Assembly: GCA_013376995.1 (NCBI GenBank)
Contig: JACAAZ010000002.1
Coordinates: 47,917-111,916 of the forward strand
DNA length: 64,000 nucleotides
DNA from: Bacteroidota bacterium
Lineage (GTDB): Bacteria; Bacteroidota; Bacteroidia; Bacteroidales; UBA4417
Direction of reading: 5' to 3'
Positions 9,701 to 17,423 of the stretch are shown one piece after another (the stretch's first letter is position 1; each line of letters opens with the position of its first letter). The notes beneath the pieces are model-generated. The model was not told where the DNA came from, did not search any database, and saw nothing but the letters and a program-made list of their open reading frames with translations. A program made the translations under genes and the position numbers.

Positions 9701-11540
9701 TATTTACACCCACTAGCCTGAAATGGTATGTTTGACCGGACGTCAACCCGGAAATACTTGCGTTAACAGGCACTGTTGAAGTTCCTGAACCAGCAGAGAC
9801 AGTTGGAGTATTATTACCATAACTGACCGTTGTACCCCACTCAAAATGGTAGTTTGTTGAAAGGCCATTGGGATTTACTGTGCCGTTGAGCGTTGCAGAG
9901 GTTCCGGTAACAGCTGTTGCAGCCACGGTTACAATGGCTGGATTATTTCCGATTTTAAAAGATGCAATTTTTGTTTTTCTTGCTCCTCCGCTCCCGATAT
10001 ATTCATCGGTATACCAAAAGGTCTGATCATCAGAGGGGTCAACAGACATTTGGGAATAATCTCCCCAGCGTTCAACTCCTGTTTGCGAATATGCTCCTGT
10101 TTGAATTACGTCTTCAGGTAAATCCATCACTCCTGATGCTGCGCTATATGCTGCCGAGGTCTGTCCGGTGAACCGGATACTGGGATAGACTGTAGAACTT
10201 GAAACAGAATACCCGAGACCTATTTTGCCACTCCCATTCAGCATTATACTGCCCATCCACCTGGAATTGGCATCAGGAGCATAGGTGCCTTGCTGCCGTA
10301 TAGCCCAGTTTCCGGAAGTTTGTGTTCCCCTTCTAAGTTCGTACCATCGAACTCCGGCATGGTCTGTATTGTCAACATCAACAGAATGACAACAAACCAG
10401 GGCCTGGTAGGTGCCGAAATTTCTATACTGTGGAACATTCATGATAACCTGGGGAATAGCATCCAACTGTTGGGTGGTTCCGGGTTGGGCAATATTAGTC
10501 CAGTCATTACCAAAATTACTGTCGAATGGTGCGACAGCTAATTGTTGAACACGATTGAAAGTAGATGCTGAAGGAGTTGTCCAGTTCACTGCCAGTTCAT
10601 ATATCCAAAGTTCGTCAGCACCACCACCAATTGCATCATCGTTAAATGCTATGAACATGCCAGGTGCACCTGCAGGAGCAGCAACCCCATCATTGTCAAC
10701 TGGGGGAACACACATAAATCCATCGATGGATGTTGGCCGGAAAGGATTATTGAAGCCAACCATTTGCGGGCTTGTACCTCCTGTTAACATTACAGAACGC
10801 TGAAATACATATATGTCATTCCCAGAGCTGTTATTATCACCCATATAATAGCCATCCTGCCATACGCCGAATTTTGGATAATCAGGCATGTCAGCAACAT
10901 CGAAAGAATATTTATACCAGGTGCCTGTTGGGTCATTTGTTGAAGAAACAGCAATCATCATATAGTCATTGGAACCACTGATAGAGAATTCCGTAGCCAC
11001 ATATCGTTGCGACTGTTCATCAAACAGAACAATAGGATCTCCATCATTATACGTTGATCCTGTAACCCCGCTGAATAGCAGGTTCATATCCGTAGGTCCG
11101 GCCACCAGGGTACCGGTCTTATTATAGATTGCATAGGTGCAATTAACGGTTTGCATATAATGGTTCGGTCCGGCAGTTCCATTACAATCGGGCGGATAGT
11201 ACGGTGATGTTTGACCGTCGAAATTCACCAAAGGTGCTTTGGGATTCCCATTGGCACCCATGATCTTCTGCCAGACTTGATCGGGGCCTTTGGGTTGGGC
11301 AGTTTCTGAGAAAGGATACGACCTGTCTCTCAATTTTTTATTAAGGAGCTTCTTTTCGGCCTTAATACGCATAGCGTTAACCTCATCCGGTGTTAATCGG
11401 GGAAGGTCACGCAAAGGAGGTGTTTCTCCCAGAAAAGTCCCGGTACTGATCCTGGATGGAGAAACTGGAGCTTGTTGAGCCTTGAGCATCATTGAGAGGG
11501 ATAGGATGATACCAGCAGATAGTAGTAAGCCAAATCTCAT
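6777..11540 (-). CDS. Giant T9SS-secreted multidomain surface protein (1587 aa): signal peptide, ~530-aa uncharacterised N-domain, Ig/FN3-like modules, jelly-roll-like module, 7 BACON-like repeats, T9SS CTD
   Basis: The signal peptide has an LKA|QQ cleavage context. Seven repeats carry PTL.VTPPNQ.V....W.V.SDA.WC.V.PSG.GNG.I...Y..N.....R.A.I.V. The C-terminal tail is GIQVFPNPTNGIFVI....GNYYVKAELNGKTMVWKMILK. Confidence 0.85.
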   Translation of the reverse strand: MRFGLLLSAGIILSLSMMLKAQQAPVSPSRISTGTFLGETPPLRDLPRLTPDEVNAMRIKAEKKLLNKKLRDRSYPFSETAQPKGPDQVWQKIMGANGNPKAPLVNFDGQTSPYYPPDCNGTAGPNHYMQTVNCTYAIYNKTGTLVAGPTDMNLLFSGVTGSTYNDGDPIVLFDEQSQRYVATEFSISGSNDYMMIAVSSTNDPTGTWYKYSFDVADMPDYPKFGVWQDGYYMGDNNSSGNDIYVFQRSVMLTGGTSPQMVGFNNPFRPTSIDGFMCVPPVDNDGVAAPAGAPGMFIAFNDDAIGGGADELWIYELAVNWTTPSASTFNRVQQLAVAPFDSNFGNDWTNIAQPGTTQQLDAIPQVIMNVPQYRNFGTYQALVCCHSVDVDNTDHAGVRWYELRRGTQTSGNWAIRQQGTYAPDANSRWMGSIMLNGSGKIGLGYSVSSSTVYPSIRFTGQTSAAYSAASGVMDLPEDVIQTGAYSQTGVERWGDYSQMSVDPSDDQTFWYTDEYIGSGGARKTKIASFKIGNNPAIVTVAATAVTGTSATLNGTVNPNGLSTNYHFEWGTTVSYGNNTPTVSAGSGTSTVPVNASISGLTSGQTYHFRLVGVNSDGTSNGLDLSFTPGAASVTTTAVSGITLTSAISGGNVITDGGSAVTARGVCWGTTANPVATGNHTTDGSGTGTFISNIIGLSSNTTYHVRAYATNSSGTYYGDDLTFTTLCGTYSLPFTESFSGTIIPNCWSQIDHQGNNQVWQFGTITSQSPNPSLTGNYAFLNSDAYGSGNSQNADLISPTIDMTGYTAITIQFNHYFKSYSGSSGTFSYSIDNGTTWTQLQSYNTTSATNPAAYNQVVAALSGQANVKLKWNYTGTWGYSWAIDDVHITGTASGPTLSVTPPNQNVGTSAGNTSFNVTSNSPWTVTSDALWCTVPASGTGNGTLMATYTQNTAPGPRTANITVTVAGLTPVVVTVTQAGNAPTLTVTPPNQTVASPAGNVPFTVTTASAWTAVSDAAWCSVTPSGTGNGTITATYTLNGTTSTRIANITVTVTGLSPVVVTVTQTASTPTLTVTPPNQTVTTVAGSTSFAVTSNMSWTVVSDALWCTVNPSGTGNGTITANYTQNVSPASRVANITVSASGLAPVIVTVSQAGSMPTLTVTPPYQNVEPPAGTISYTVTSNSTWIVSTTATWFTVTPSGFGNGTIVANYSANQSVSPRSDSIKVMVAGLQPVIVLLSQAGAVPTLSVTPPNQNVPGVSGVTQFTVTSNAPWTVSSSAAWCTFTPSGVGNGQITVNYEINPLLTPRVANISVSANGITPVNVTVSQAGGAPTLSIDPHNQNVDFHSGTVVYNVSSNSAWTASCDMPWCTINGSGNGNGTITANYQANPDAADRIATITVTVAGMAPATATLTQAAAPATLLVTPQIQNVTMPAGTTTFNVTSNASWNAGSDVSWCNTTPFGTGNGVINAYYNENTTPVIRTANITVSAAGVSPQTVKVIQLPSFVSIGEQPQSGIQVFPNPTNGIFVISSPSQAVMQLNVAILDISGKILMTRECSGESSYTFDLTRFAKGNYYVKAELNGKTMVWKMILK
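7041..8867 (-). repeat. Seven tandem in-frame 261-nt (87-aa) BACON-like repeats
   Basis: Repeat boundaries read from the translation total 7 x 87 aa = 609 aa. This exactly fills the span from 8867 (the P of the first PTLSV) to 7041 (the F of LPSF). Confidence 0.85.
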
Positions 11541-11735
11541 TTTTGTGGTTTTTAGTAGTTTAATATGATCATATTGAGCACAAATGTATTAAAATCTTGG
11601 CTTTCAATATTACTATCGAAATGCGAGAGGGGATTGATAAGATTATTAATAAGTTTATCAACTAATTAGAAACATAGAGTAAACTTTATTTCTTAGCCGG
11701 AATCAAGCAGAAACCTGACCAAATTGTTTCAGGTG

Positions 11736-11743
11736 TATCTTTG
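11736..11743 (+). promoter_or_regulatory. -7 promoter box upstream of rnhA
   Basis: TATCTTTG matches TAnnTTTG and lies 8 nt before the ATG at 11751. It sits inside the longer TTG-started ORF in the track. Confidence 0.35.
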
Positions 11744-11750
11744 CCTGATT

Positions 11751-12386
11751 ATGTCAAAAGTCAAGAAGCAATACTATGTTGTTTGGTCGGGTAAAAAACC
11801 CGGGATTTACGATACCTGGGATAAATGCAAGCAGCAGGTTGATGGTTTTAATATGGCCAGATATAAAGGTTTTGCCTCTCTGGAAGAGGCTACAATTGCG
11901 CTTGCAGGAAATCCATTTGAGTATATCAGTAAGAAAGCGGCAACTCCCGCAAGTACAATAAGCAATCGATTTGTTGGTAAGCCTGAAAAGGTTTGTCTTT
12001 GTGTAGATGCAGCATGTAGTGGAAATCCCGGGGTGTTGGAATACAGGGGCGTGTATTTGCCATCTGGAGAAGCGGTATTTCACAGGGGGCCATTCCCTCA
12101 GGGTACAACCAATATTGGAGAATTTCTTGCAATTGTAACTGGATTAGCCTGGCTTAAACAGAGAAATTTAACAATACCACTATACAGTGATTCGCGGAAT
12201 GGCATTATTTGGGTAAAACAAAAAAGAATCAATACAAAATTAGCGAGAACTGCAAAAAACGAAGATCTTTTCCTGGTTATTGAAAAAGCCCTTGAATGGC
12301 TCCACAACAATTCCTTTGAAAACAAGGTCCTCAAATGGGAAACCGCTGCATGGGGAGAGATCCCGGCAGATTTTGGAAGAAAATAG
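11751..12386 (+). CDS. rnhA: Ribonuclease H1-type enzyme with an N-terminal hybrid-binding (HBD) domain
   Basis: The HBD signature YYVVWSGKKPGIYDTWDKCKQQVDGFNMARYKGFASLEEA is followed by an RNase H core (VDAACSGNPGVLEYRG ... TNIGEFLAI ... YSDS). Confidence 0.85.
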   Translation: MSKVKKQYYVVWSGKKPGIYDTWDKCKQQVDGFNMARYKGFASLEEATIALAGNPFEYISKKAATPASTISNRFVGKPEKVCLCVDAACSGNPGVLEYRGVYLPSGEAVFHRGPFPQGTTNIGEFLAIVTGLAWLKQRNLTIPLYSDSRNGIIWVKQKRINTKLARTAKNEDLFLVIEKALEWLHNNSFENKVLKWETAAWGEIPADFGRK

Positions 12387-12406
12387 GATGGTGTTTTTTC
12401 CCCTGA

Positions 12407-13891
12407 TTAGTGATAAATCCCGATATCCATGCTGATCTTCATTTGGAAGTAGAGTCCGCGACTTAAACCAAACCTGATCATAAATATAAATACCAATGCG
12501 ACAATTACCCAAATAAACACCGTTGACCTGTGAACTTTGGGATATGTTTTACGTCCCTGGATACGGTGAGGGTGAGCCTTGGAATTGAATAACGGTGGTA
12601 CAATAGCAAACAACAATGTAGCCAGGTTGATGGAATCATAATTAAAGATATTTTCATGCTGGGGGAGAACATTTGTTATTTTCAGCATGATCATTATCCC
12701 ACTCCCTATAAACCAAGGGACAACCAACCTGCTCATTATGTAAGCAAATCGATTTTGCTTCCATGAATCGGGGCCTGAAGTTTCGGGTAGCAACTTTACA
12801 ATATTCCAGTTCAGCCACATGATCATTGTCAAGAAGACCATCGAGAATAAAATCCTGAAAGCAATATTCATGTAAAGCCATTCAACCACGTATCCAAACC
12901 CCTGACGGGTAATGGCTCCTCCGACAAATGCACCGAAAAACAGCATCATGGAATTGAGGTTCAGCCACACAAGGAAAAGCCTGAATTGCGACCCGGGATG
13001 AAGCCTTTTAAGGAGAACATACCTGTATACAATCCATAAAATAAGCGAAATTAGAGGGCCTGAAAGCGTAATGAAAATAATGTTGGATTGATTCCATTTG
13101 GGAGAGTTATTCCCGATAGGAAACATAACCTCGTAGTAATAGAGAACAGAATCAATCTTATTGAACGAAGCTGCAAGCATTACCGCCATCTGGTAGAACA
13201 ACCAGGAAACCTGGTATGCTATCATAAAGACCGCTGTAGAATTAACGACAGTCCTTACATAGTTTTTAACCTGGATTCTGCCCTTATCTGGTTCTCCAAA
13301 ATCTCCAAGGGGATTGATCAGCCCTGAATTTTCCTTCTTTTTCCCGAATCCGAATCTTCTCCAAAATCCTTTTCTTCTCTTCTTATGTCGGTGTTTGCCA
13401 GAAGGTTGACTCCTTTGGAGCAACTCCGTATGCTTCATTTTAAACCCATCCTGGTCAGGTAAAAGTGACCCGAGTTCGTCTTCTACTGATTTGGAACCTT
13501 TAACATCTTCGAAAGTCAGGTACTTGTATTCGGAAGGAGCTGATGACCTGCGCTTTTTATTCCATAACCTGAAGCGTATTCCTGAAAACAGTTTGCGTAA
13601 CCTATAGGTAGCTGTTTTCTTCTTTTTTCTTCTTTGAACCGGGATTTTAGGTCTCTGCAATTCTTTGGCATCATCAAAAATAGATCTTGCTTCGCTAGTG
13701 CCAAGGTGAAATTCCCTTTCTTTTGATTCGGCCTGAGCAGCCTTTACTTCTTCAAGGGTGAGAAATCTGGTCCCAGAATCAGGTTGCCACGAATTATGAA
13801 TCCTCTTCCGATTCGAAGATCTGAAAGAAGGGATTAATTTACGTAACCAATAATTTAAGTCCTTTTTATGTCGATGTCGATGAGGGGGCAT
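12407..13891 (-). CDS. Polytopic (~7 TM) membrane protein with a ~210-aa poly-basic N-terminal domain; paralog B of the 1233-2471 product
   Basis: It shares the conserved core with paralog A. The N-terminus contains HRHRHKK, RRKKKK, NKKRR and KHRHKKRRK runs. The start is an ATG with a -7 box upstream. Confidence 0.75.
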   Translation of the reverse strand: MPPHRHRHKKDLNYWLRKLIPSFRSSNRKRIHNSWQPDSGTRFLTLEEVKAAQAESKEREFHLGTSEARSIFDDAKELQRPKIPVQRRKKKKTATYRLRKLFSGIRFRLWNKKRRSSAPSEYKYLTFEDVKGSKSVEDELGSLLPDQDGFKMKHTELLQRSQPSGKHRHKKRRKGFWRRFGFGKKKENSGLINPLGDFGEPDKGRIQVKNYVRTVVNSTAVFMIAYQVSWLFYQMAVMLAASFNKIDSVLYYYEVMFPIGNNSPKWNQSNIIFITLSGPLISLILWIVYRYVLLKRLHPGSQFRLFLVWLNLNSMMLFFGAFVGGAITRQGFGYVVEWLYMNIAFRILFSMVFLTMIMWLNWNIVKLLPETSGPDSWKQNRFAYIMSRLVVPWFIGSGIMIMLKITNVLPQHENIFNYDSINLATLLFAIVPPLFNSKAHPHRIQGRKTYPKVHRSTVFIWVIVALVFIFMIRFGLSRGLYFQMKISMDIGIYH

Positions 13892-13917
13892 TTTTAATGG
13901 TTGAGTATATATTTTAG

Positions 13918-13925
13918 CAAATCTA
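13918..13925 (-). promoter_or_regulatory. -7 promoter box for paralog B
   Basis: The minus strand reads TAGATTTG, matching TAnnTTTG, 26 nt upstream of the ATG at 13891. Confidence 0.45.
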
Positions 13926-14186
13926 CTTTATTTATACTGAAATTTGATGACTGTTCGATGCATTTTTAGTTTTGGTTCCTATATAGCAGCAAATCCTCAT
14001 TAATTTGTGTCTGCCTTCATCCATTAATATAAGGAATGACCTATTTGTAATAAATAAAGTTTGATAATTGCTTTATTAAACCATGATAAGTCCAGGATTC
14101 AATCATTAAAACTGAGTTTTAACGAGTTAATACAGGATGATAAATTGTAATTCGTATCAAAAATATCTATTAATTAACACTAACTG

Positions 14187-14217
14187 TTGCTATCAGGCTA
14201 TATAAAGATTAACTTTG
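14187..14217 (+). promoter_or_regulatory. Bacteroidetes sigma-A type promoter (-33 TTG plus -7 TAACTTTG) for microprotein copy 2
   Basis: TTG at 14187-14189, a 20-nt spacer, then TAACTTTG at 14210-14217, 19 nt before the ATG at 14237. Confidence 0.55.
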
Positions 14218-14236
14218 CAACTAAGAATTCATCCAA

Positions 14237-14509
14237 ATGAAACGGTTTTCAAAAATTTATTATTCCATTTCTTTATTATTGATATTCAATGTTTTGTTGA
14301 ATGTGAATGCCCTATATGCCCAGGTTCCACCTCCACCACCTCCTCCCAACGGAGGGCCAAATCAAGGTCATGGAATGGGTGGCAATCAGGGTCCTGCAGG
14401 ACCTAATGCCCCTATTGAAAATGGGCAGGGAGTTTTGTTACTCCTTGGAATGATCTATGTCGGCAAGAAAGTCTTTGATTATCGAAAGAAGCTGGAATCA
14501 AGCAAATAA
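14237..14509 (+). CDS. Pro/Gly-rich anchored microprotein (90 aa), copy 2: signal peptide, QVPPPPPPP, GHG..GNQGP.G, APIENG, hydrophobic helix, KK...RKK tail
   Basis: It has the same ordered motif string as 704-931, its own promoter, and an ATG start. Confidence 0.65.
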   Translation: MKRFSKIYYSISLLLIFNVLLNVNALYAQVPPPPPPPNGGPNQGHGMGGNQGPAGPNAPIENGQGVLLLLGMIYVGKKVFDYRKKLESSK

Positions 14510-14537
14510 TCAGCCTCCTTCTTCAACGATTCTGATA

Positions 14538-15434
14538 CTACTTCAATTCAAATGTAGCATCACCAATCTGTTTATCTTCCGTAAAGATAGTTACGATGTA
14601 GCGTCCTTTGGGTAGCTCAGAGGCTTTGGCTGTTTGTTCGTAATAAGTACAGATATCTGCGGCCTCCCCTTCGTAATTCAAGGTTTCCATCGCGGAAAAC
14701 TGAAGTGTTTGCCCTAAAAATTGGAAAGTATAGGCGGGACCCCTGGTTAGAATTGTGTTATCAGGTTTGGCAATTCTGACAAAAAACCTTTGGTAACCAT
14801 TACTGACGAGTTTATTTTCACCTATTGTAAAACAGACTTTAATCTTATCTGTCCTGGAAGCTTTGTCAGTTACTCTTTCTTTGTTTTCCCCGCGTATTTT
14901 TAAGGTTGTTGCTGTAACCTTATATGCTTTCAGAACTGCGGCGCCATTGATCTTTTCATTTAATTGTTCCTTGTCTTTTGAAAGATCGGCTGTTTTTTGC
15001 TGCTCCAGGTTATAATCCGTCCTGATCTTTTCATTTTCCTGGCGTAATTTCCGGTTAACCGTATAAAGTGAATCTATTTGCCGCTCATATCCTTTAGTTA
15101 TCATCTGCAGTTGCATAAGCTTTTCCCTCGCAACATTCAACTCTGAACTTACACCCAGGAGTTTTTTGATTTCAATGGCTTTTACTTTAATGATACTATC
15201 TTTTTCAATCAGCGAATCAGACAGTTTACCATAGGAAGCTTTTACCCGTTCATGTTCAGCAAGCAAAGAATCCAACTGAACCTGCATCTCATTTTTTTCT
15301 GTATTGGCTTCCTGAGTAACAGTAACCACTTCCTTCTTTTGGTTCATCAGCAGGTAGACTAATACAGCAATAATTAGGATGAGAATGCCGATAATAATCT
15401 TATATCCAAGGGTGCTAGCAGATTTTCCTTCCAT
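14538..15434 (-). CDS. Membrane-anchored coiled-coil protein with a beta-rich C-terminal domain (function unknown)
   Basis: It has an N-terminal TM segment (IIIGILILIIAVLVYLL), ~170 aa of heptad-like E/K/Q/L-rich sequence, and a ~130-aa C-terminal domain. I chose the ATG at 15434; the track starts at the GTG at 15470. Confidence 0.5.
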   Translation of the reverse strand: MEGKSASTLGYKIIIGILILIIAVLVYLLMNQKKEVVTVTQEANTEKNEMQVQLDSLLAEHERVKASYGKLSDSLIEKDSIIKVKAIEIKKLLGVSSELNVAREKLMQLQMITKGYERQIDSLYTVNRKLRQENEKIRTDYNLEQQKTADLSKDKEQLNEKINGAAVLKAYKVTATTLKIRGENKERVTDKASRTDKIKVCFTIGENKLVSNGYQRFFVRIAKPDNTILTRGPAYTFQFLGQTLQFSAMETLNYEGEAADICTYYEQTAKASELPKGRYIVTIFTEDKQIGDATFELK

Positions 15435-15565
15435 TTTGATAAAATTGCTTTTTCTACATAATTGAACCACAAATTTAACTCAATTTTAAACTGCTCACAG
15501 AAGCCTTAACAACAATAGATCAACAACATCCGTGAAGATATTAACATTTTTACATTAAAATACGT

Positions 15566-15616
15566 CTTTTCTAAAAGGAAAGAACCCCGGCAGGAATAGT
15601 CACTTACCAGGGTTCT
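15566..15616 (-). terminator. Probable terminator after the dipeptidase gene
   Basis: The minus-strand stem AGAACCCUGG/CCGGGGUUCU has 10 bp including one G-U pair. It is followed by TTCCTTTT. Confidence 0.45.
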
Positions 15617-15644
15617 ATCATATGATATTAACTGTAAACAAGCC

Positions 15645-17372
15645 CTATTTCTGTCCTTCAGTTCCAATTACCTTAAATTTTTCGCCAGTCTCCTTAACTA
15701 TGTTCCGATAGAAGTCCTCGCTGTATCCGGGCTGCGATACTTTAGGGTTTTTCTCTCCCGGAATGACGGTCTTGATATTCCCATCCATATACCTTGTAAA
15801 AAGGTACGCATACAGGTTTTTCCATTCATGAACTGTATTATTACCCTGGGAAACAGAAAATTCAGTAAGTAACTGCACGGCTTTAGCCTGCGATTGTGCA
15901 GATTGTTCTTTGGCCAGTTTATCCATCTCAGGAACAAGGGACATATAATAATTTTCCAATTCTGACTGCTTTTTCTGAATATCACCGATCATTACATTGT
16001 ACCTGGTGTATGCAAAATTGGAAACCTGGTTAAATGTCCAGAAAGCAGAGTTGTCGCTAAAACTCATCATGCTTCCATTGCCAACTGCATAGGTTTCCGG
16101 GACCCTGGTCATGCAGGTATACATAGGAGTATAAACTGTGCTGTAAGTATCATCAACGCCAAACCAGATGATTCCTCCCAAGGGATTCGGGATCCAGGAA
16201 CGGGATTGAGCTATAAAAGAGAAACCTGTCTGTTGGGTTGAGACGGCCCTTTCGTTACAGTATTCAACGCCATCCACTTTCCAGGTTAGAGGCCTCCAGC
16301 GAACGATTGATCCGTAAGGACCGGCTCCAAAATCTTTGGTCATGTCAAGAGGAGTGTTCTGGTAATAATCACGCATTAGTCCAAATACATCCTGCAGTGT
16401 AAGTTTATGATCCGGTTTAACATACAAAGGCATCCTGTTATGCAGGTTTTTGCCTTCGGCATAATCCAGATACTTGTCCATACCTGCTGATACTTTGTTA
16501 AAAGCACTCCATACGCGGGCCTCACAAAAGCGGGCACCCTCGAAATTAACAGGTGCATAGGTGTCGCTGAAACTAAAGTCTTTATCATCGCCTGAAAACC
16601 AGCCTTTTGCACGTGCAAAAGTGATAACATCCGGTGAATACAGGCAATTTTCAGGATCGTTTAATGGGAATGTGGTAATACGTGCCTGGTTTGCATGACC
16701 CGAAATATAACCGTCAGGTATCCTTCTTGCAACCCAAACAGCACCCTTATTATATTTAACCGTTATTCTTCCTTTTTTGTCCTTGATTATTTCCGGCTTT
16801 CCCTTTCCTATCATTTCCATAATCCAAACTTCATTAGCATCACTGATGCTGAAGGATTCTCCTTCACTGTAATAACCGTATTCAGCCACCAGGTCGGTCA
16901 TGATCTTGATCGCTTCCCTTGCAGTGGTCGCTCTTTGGAGTGCAATATACATCAGGCTCCCATAATCAACCGTAGCAGCAGTATCTACAAGTTCTTCGCG
17001 TCCACCGTAAGTCGTTTCACCAATGGCTACCTGGTTCTCGTTCATGTTTCCAACTACATTGAAGGTTTTGCGGGCTTGTTTAATTTTCCCAAGATATTTT
17101 CCCGTATCCCATTCATAAATATCCAGCATTGCGCCTTCCGGATATTCAGCAGCAGCCCAATGATAAAGTTCTCCATACAAGGTGTGTGAATCAGCAGAAT
17201 AGCTGATCATGCAGGATCCATCAGCCGATGCGCCTTTAGTGATCAGAAAGTTGGTGCAGGCCCTGGAGGGAAGGGCTAATGCCACGATTACAAGGCCTAA
17301 TGCCAGAATGCAAGCTTTTCTCATAGACTTTTTTATTTGTTCAATATATGGGACATTTTTGATTTGTTTCAC
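15645..17372 (-). CDS. Peptidase family C69 dipeptidase (secreted)
   Basis: The signal peptide ends directly before CTNFLITKGASADGS, the N-terminal Cys nucleophile context of C69. Length is 575 aa. Confidence 0.8.
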   Translation of the reverse strand: MKQIKNVPYIEQIKKSMRKACILALGLVIVALALPSRACTNFLITKGASADGSCMISYSADSHTLYGELYHWAAAEYPEGAMLDIYEWDTGKYLGKIKQARKTFNVVGNMNENQVAIGETTYGGREELVDTAATVDYGSLMYIALQRATTAREAIKIMTDLVAEYGYYSEGESFSISDANEVWIMEMIGKGKPEIIKDKKGRITVKYNKGAVWVARRIPDGYISGHANQARITTFPLNDPENCLYSPDVITFARAKGWFSGDDKDFSFSDTYAPVNFEGARFCEARVWSAFNKVSAGMDKYLDYAEGKNLHNRMPLYVKPDHKLTLQDVFGLMRDYYQNTPLDMTKDFGAGPYGSIVRWRPLTWKVDGVEYCNERAVSTQQTGFSFIAQSRSWIPNPLGGIIWFGVDDTYSTVYTPMYTCMTRVPETYAVGNGSMMSFSDNSAFWTFNQVSNFAYTRYNVMIGDIQKKQSELENYYMSLVPEMDKLAKEQSAQSQAKAVQLLTEFSVSQGNNTVHEWKNLYAYLFTRYMDGNIKTVIPGEKNPKVSQPGYSEDFYRNIVKETGEKFKVIGTEGQK

Positions 17373-17423
17373 TTCTGCTAAAGAAAAGCACCAGAACTGA
17401 TCTTGTTAAGGCATTATTGGTTT

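Noticed and set aside
7064-11478. About 15 ORFs of 60-148 aa on both strands inside the 1587-aa gene (e.g. 7071-7517, 7518-7751, 10555-10803).
   Set aside because: They are shadow frames of a long Thr/Gly/Val/Asn-rich coding region. All are nested in an uninterrupted 4.7-kb ORF that has clear domain structure, a signal peptide and a T9SS CTD.
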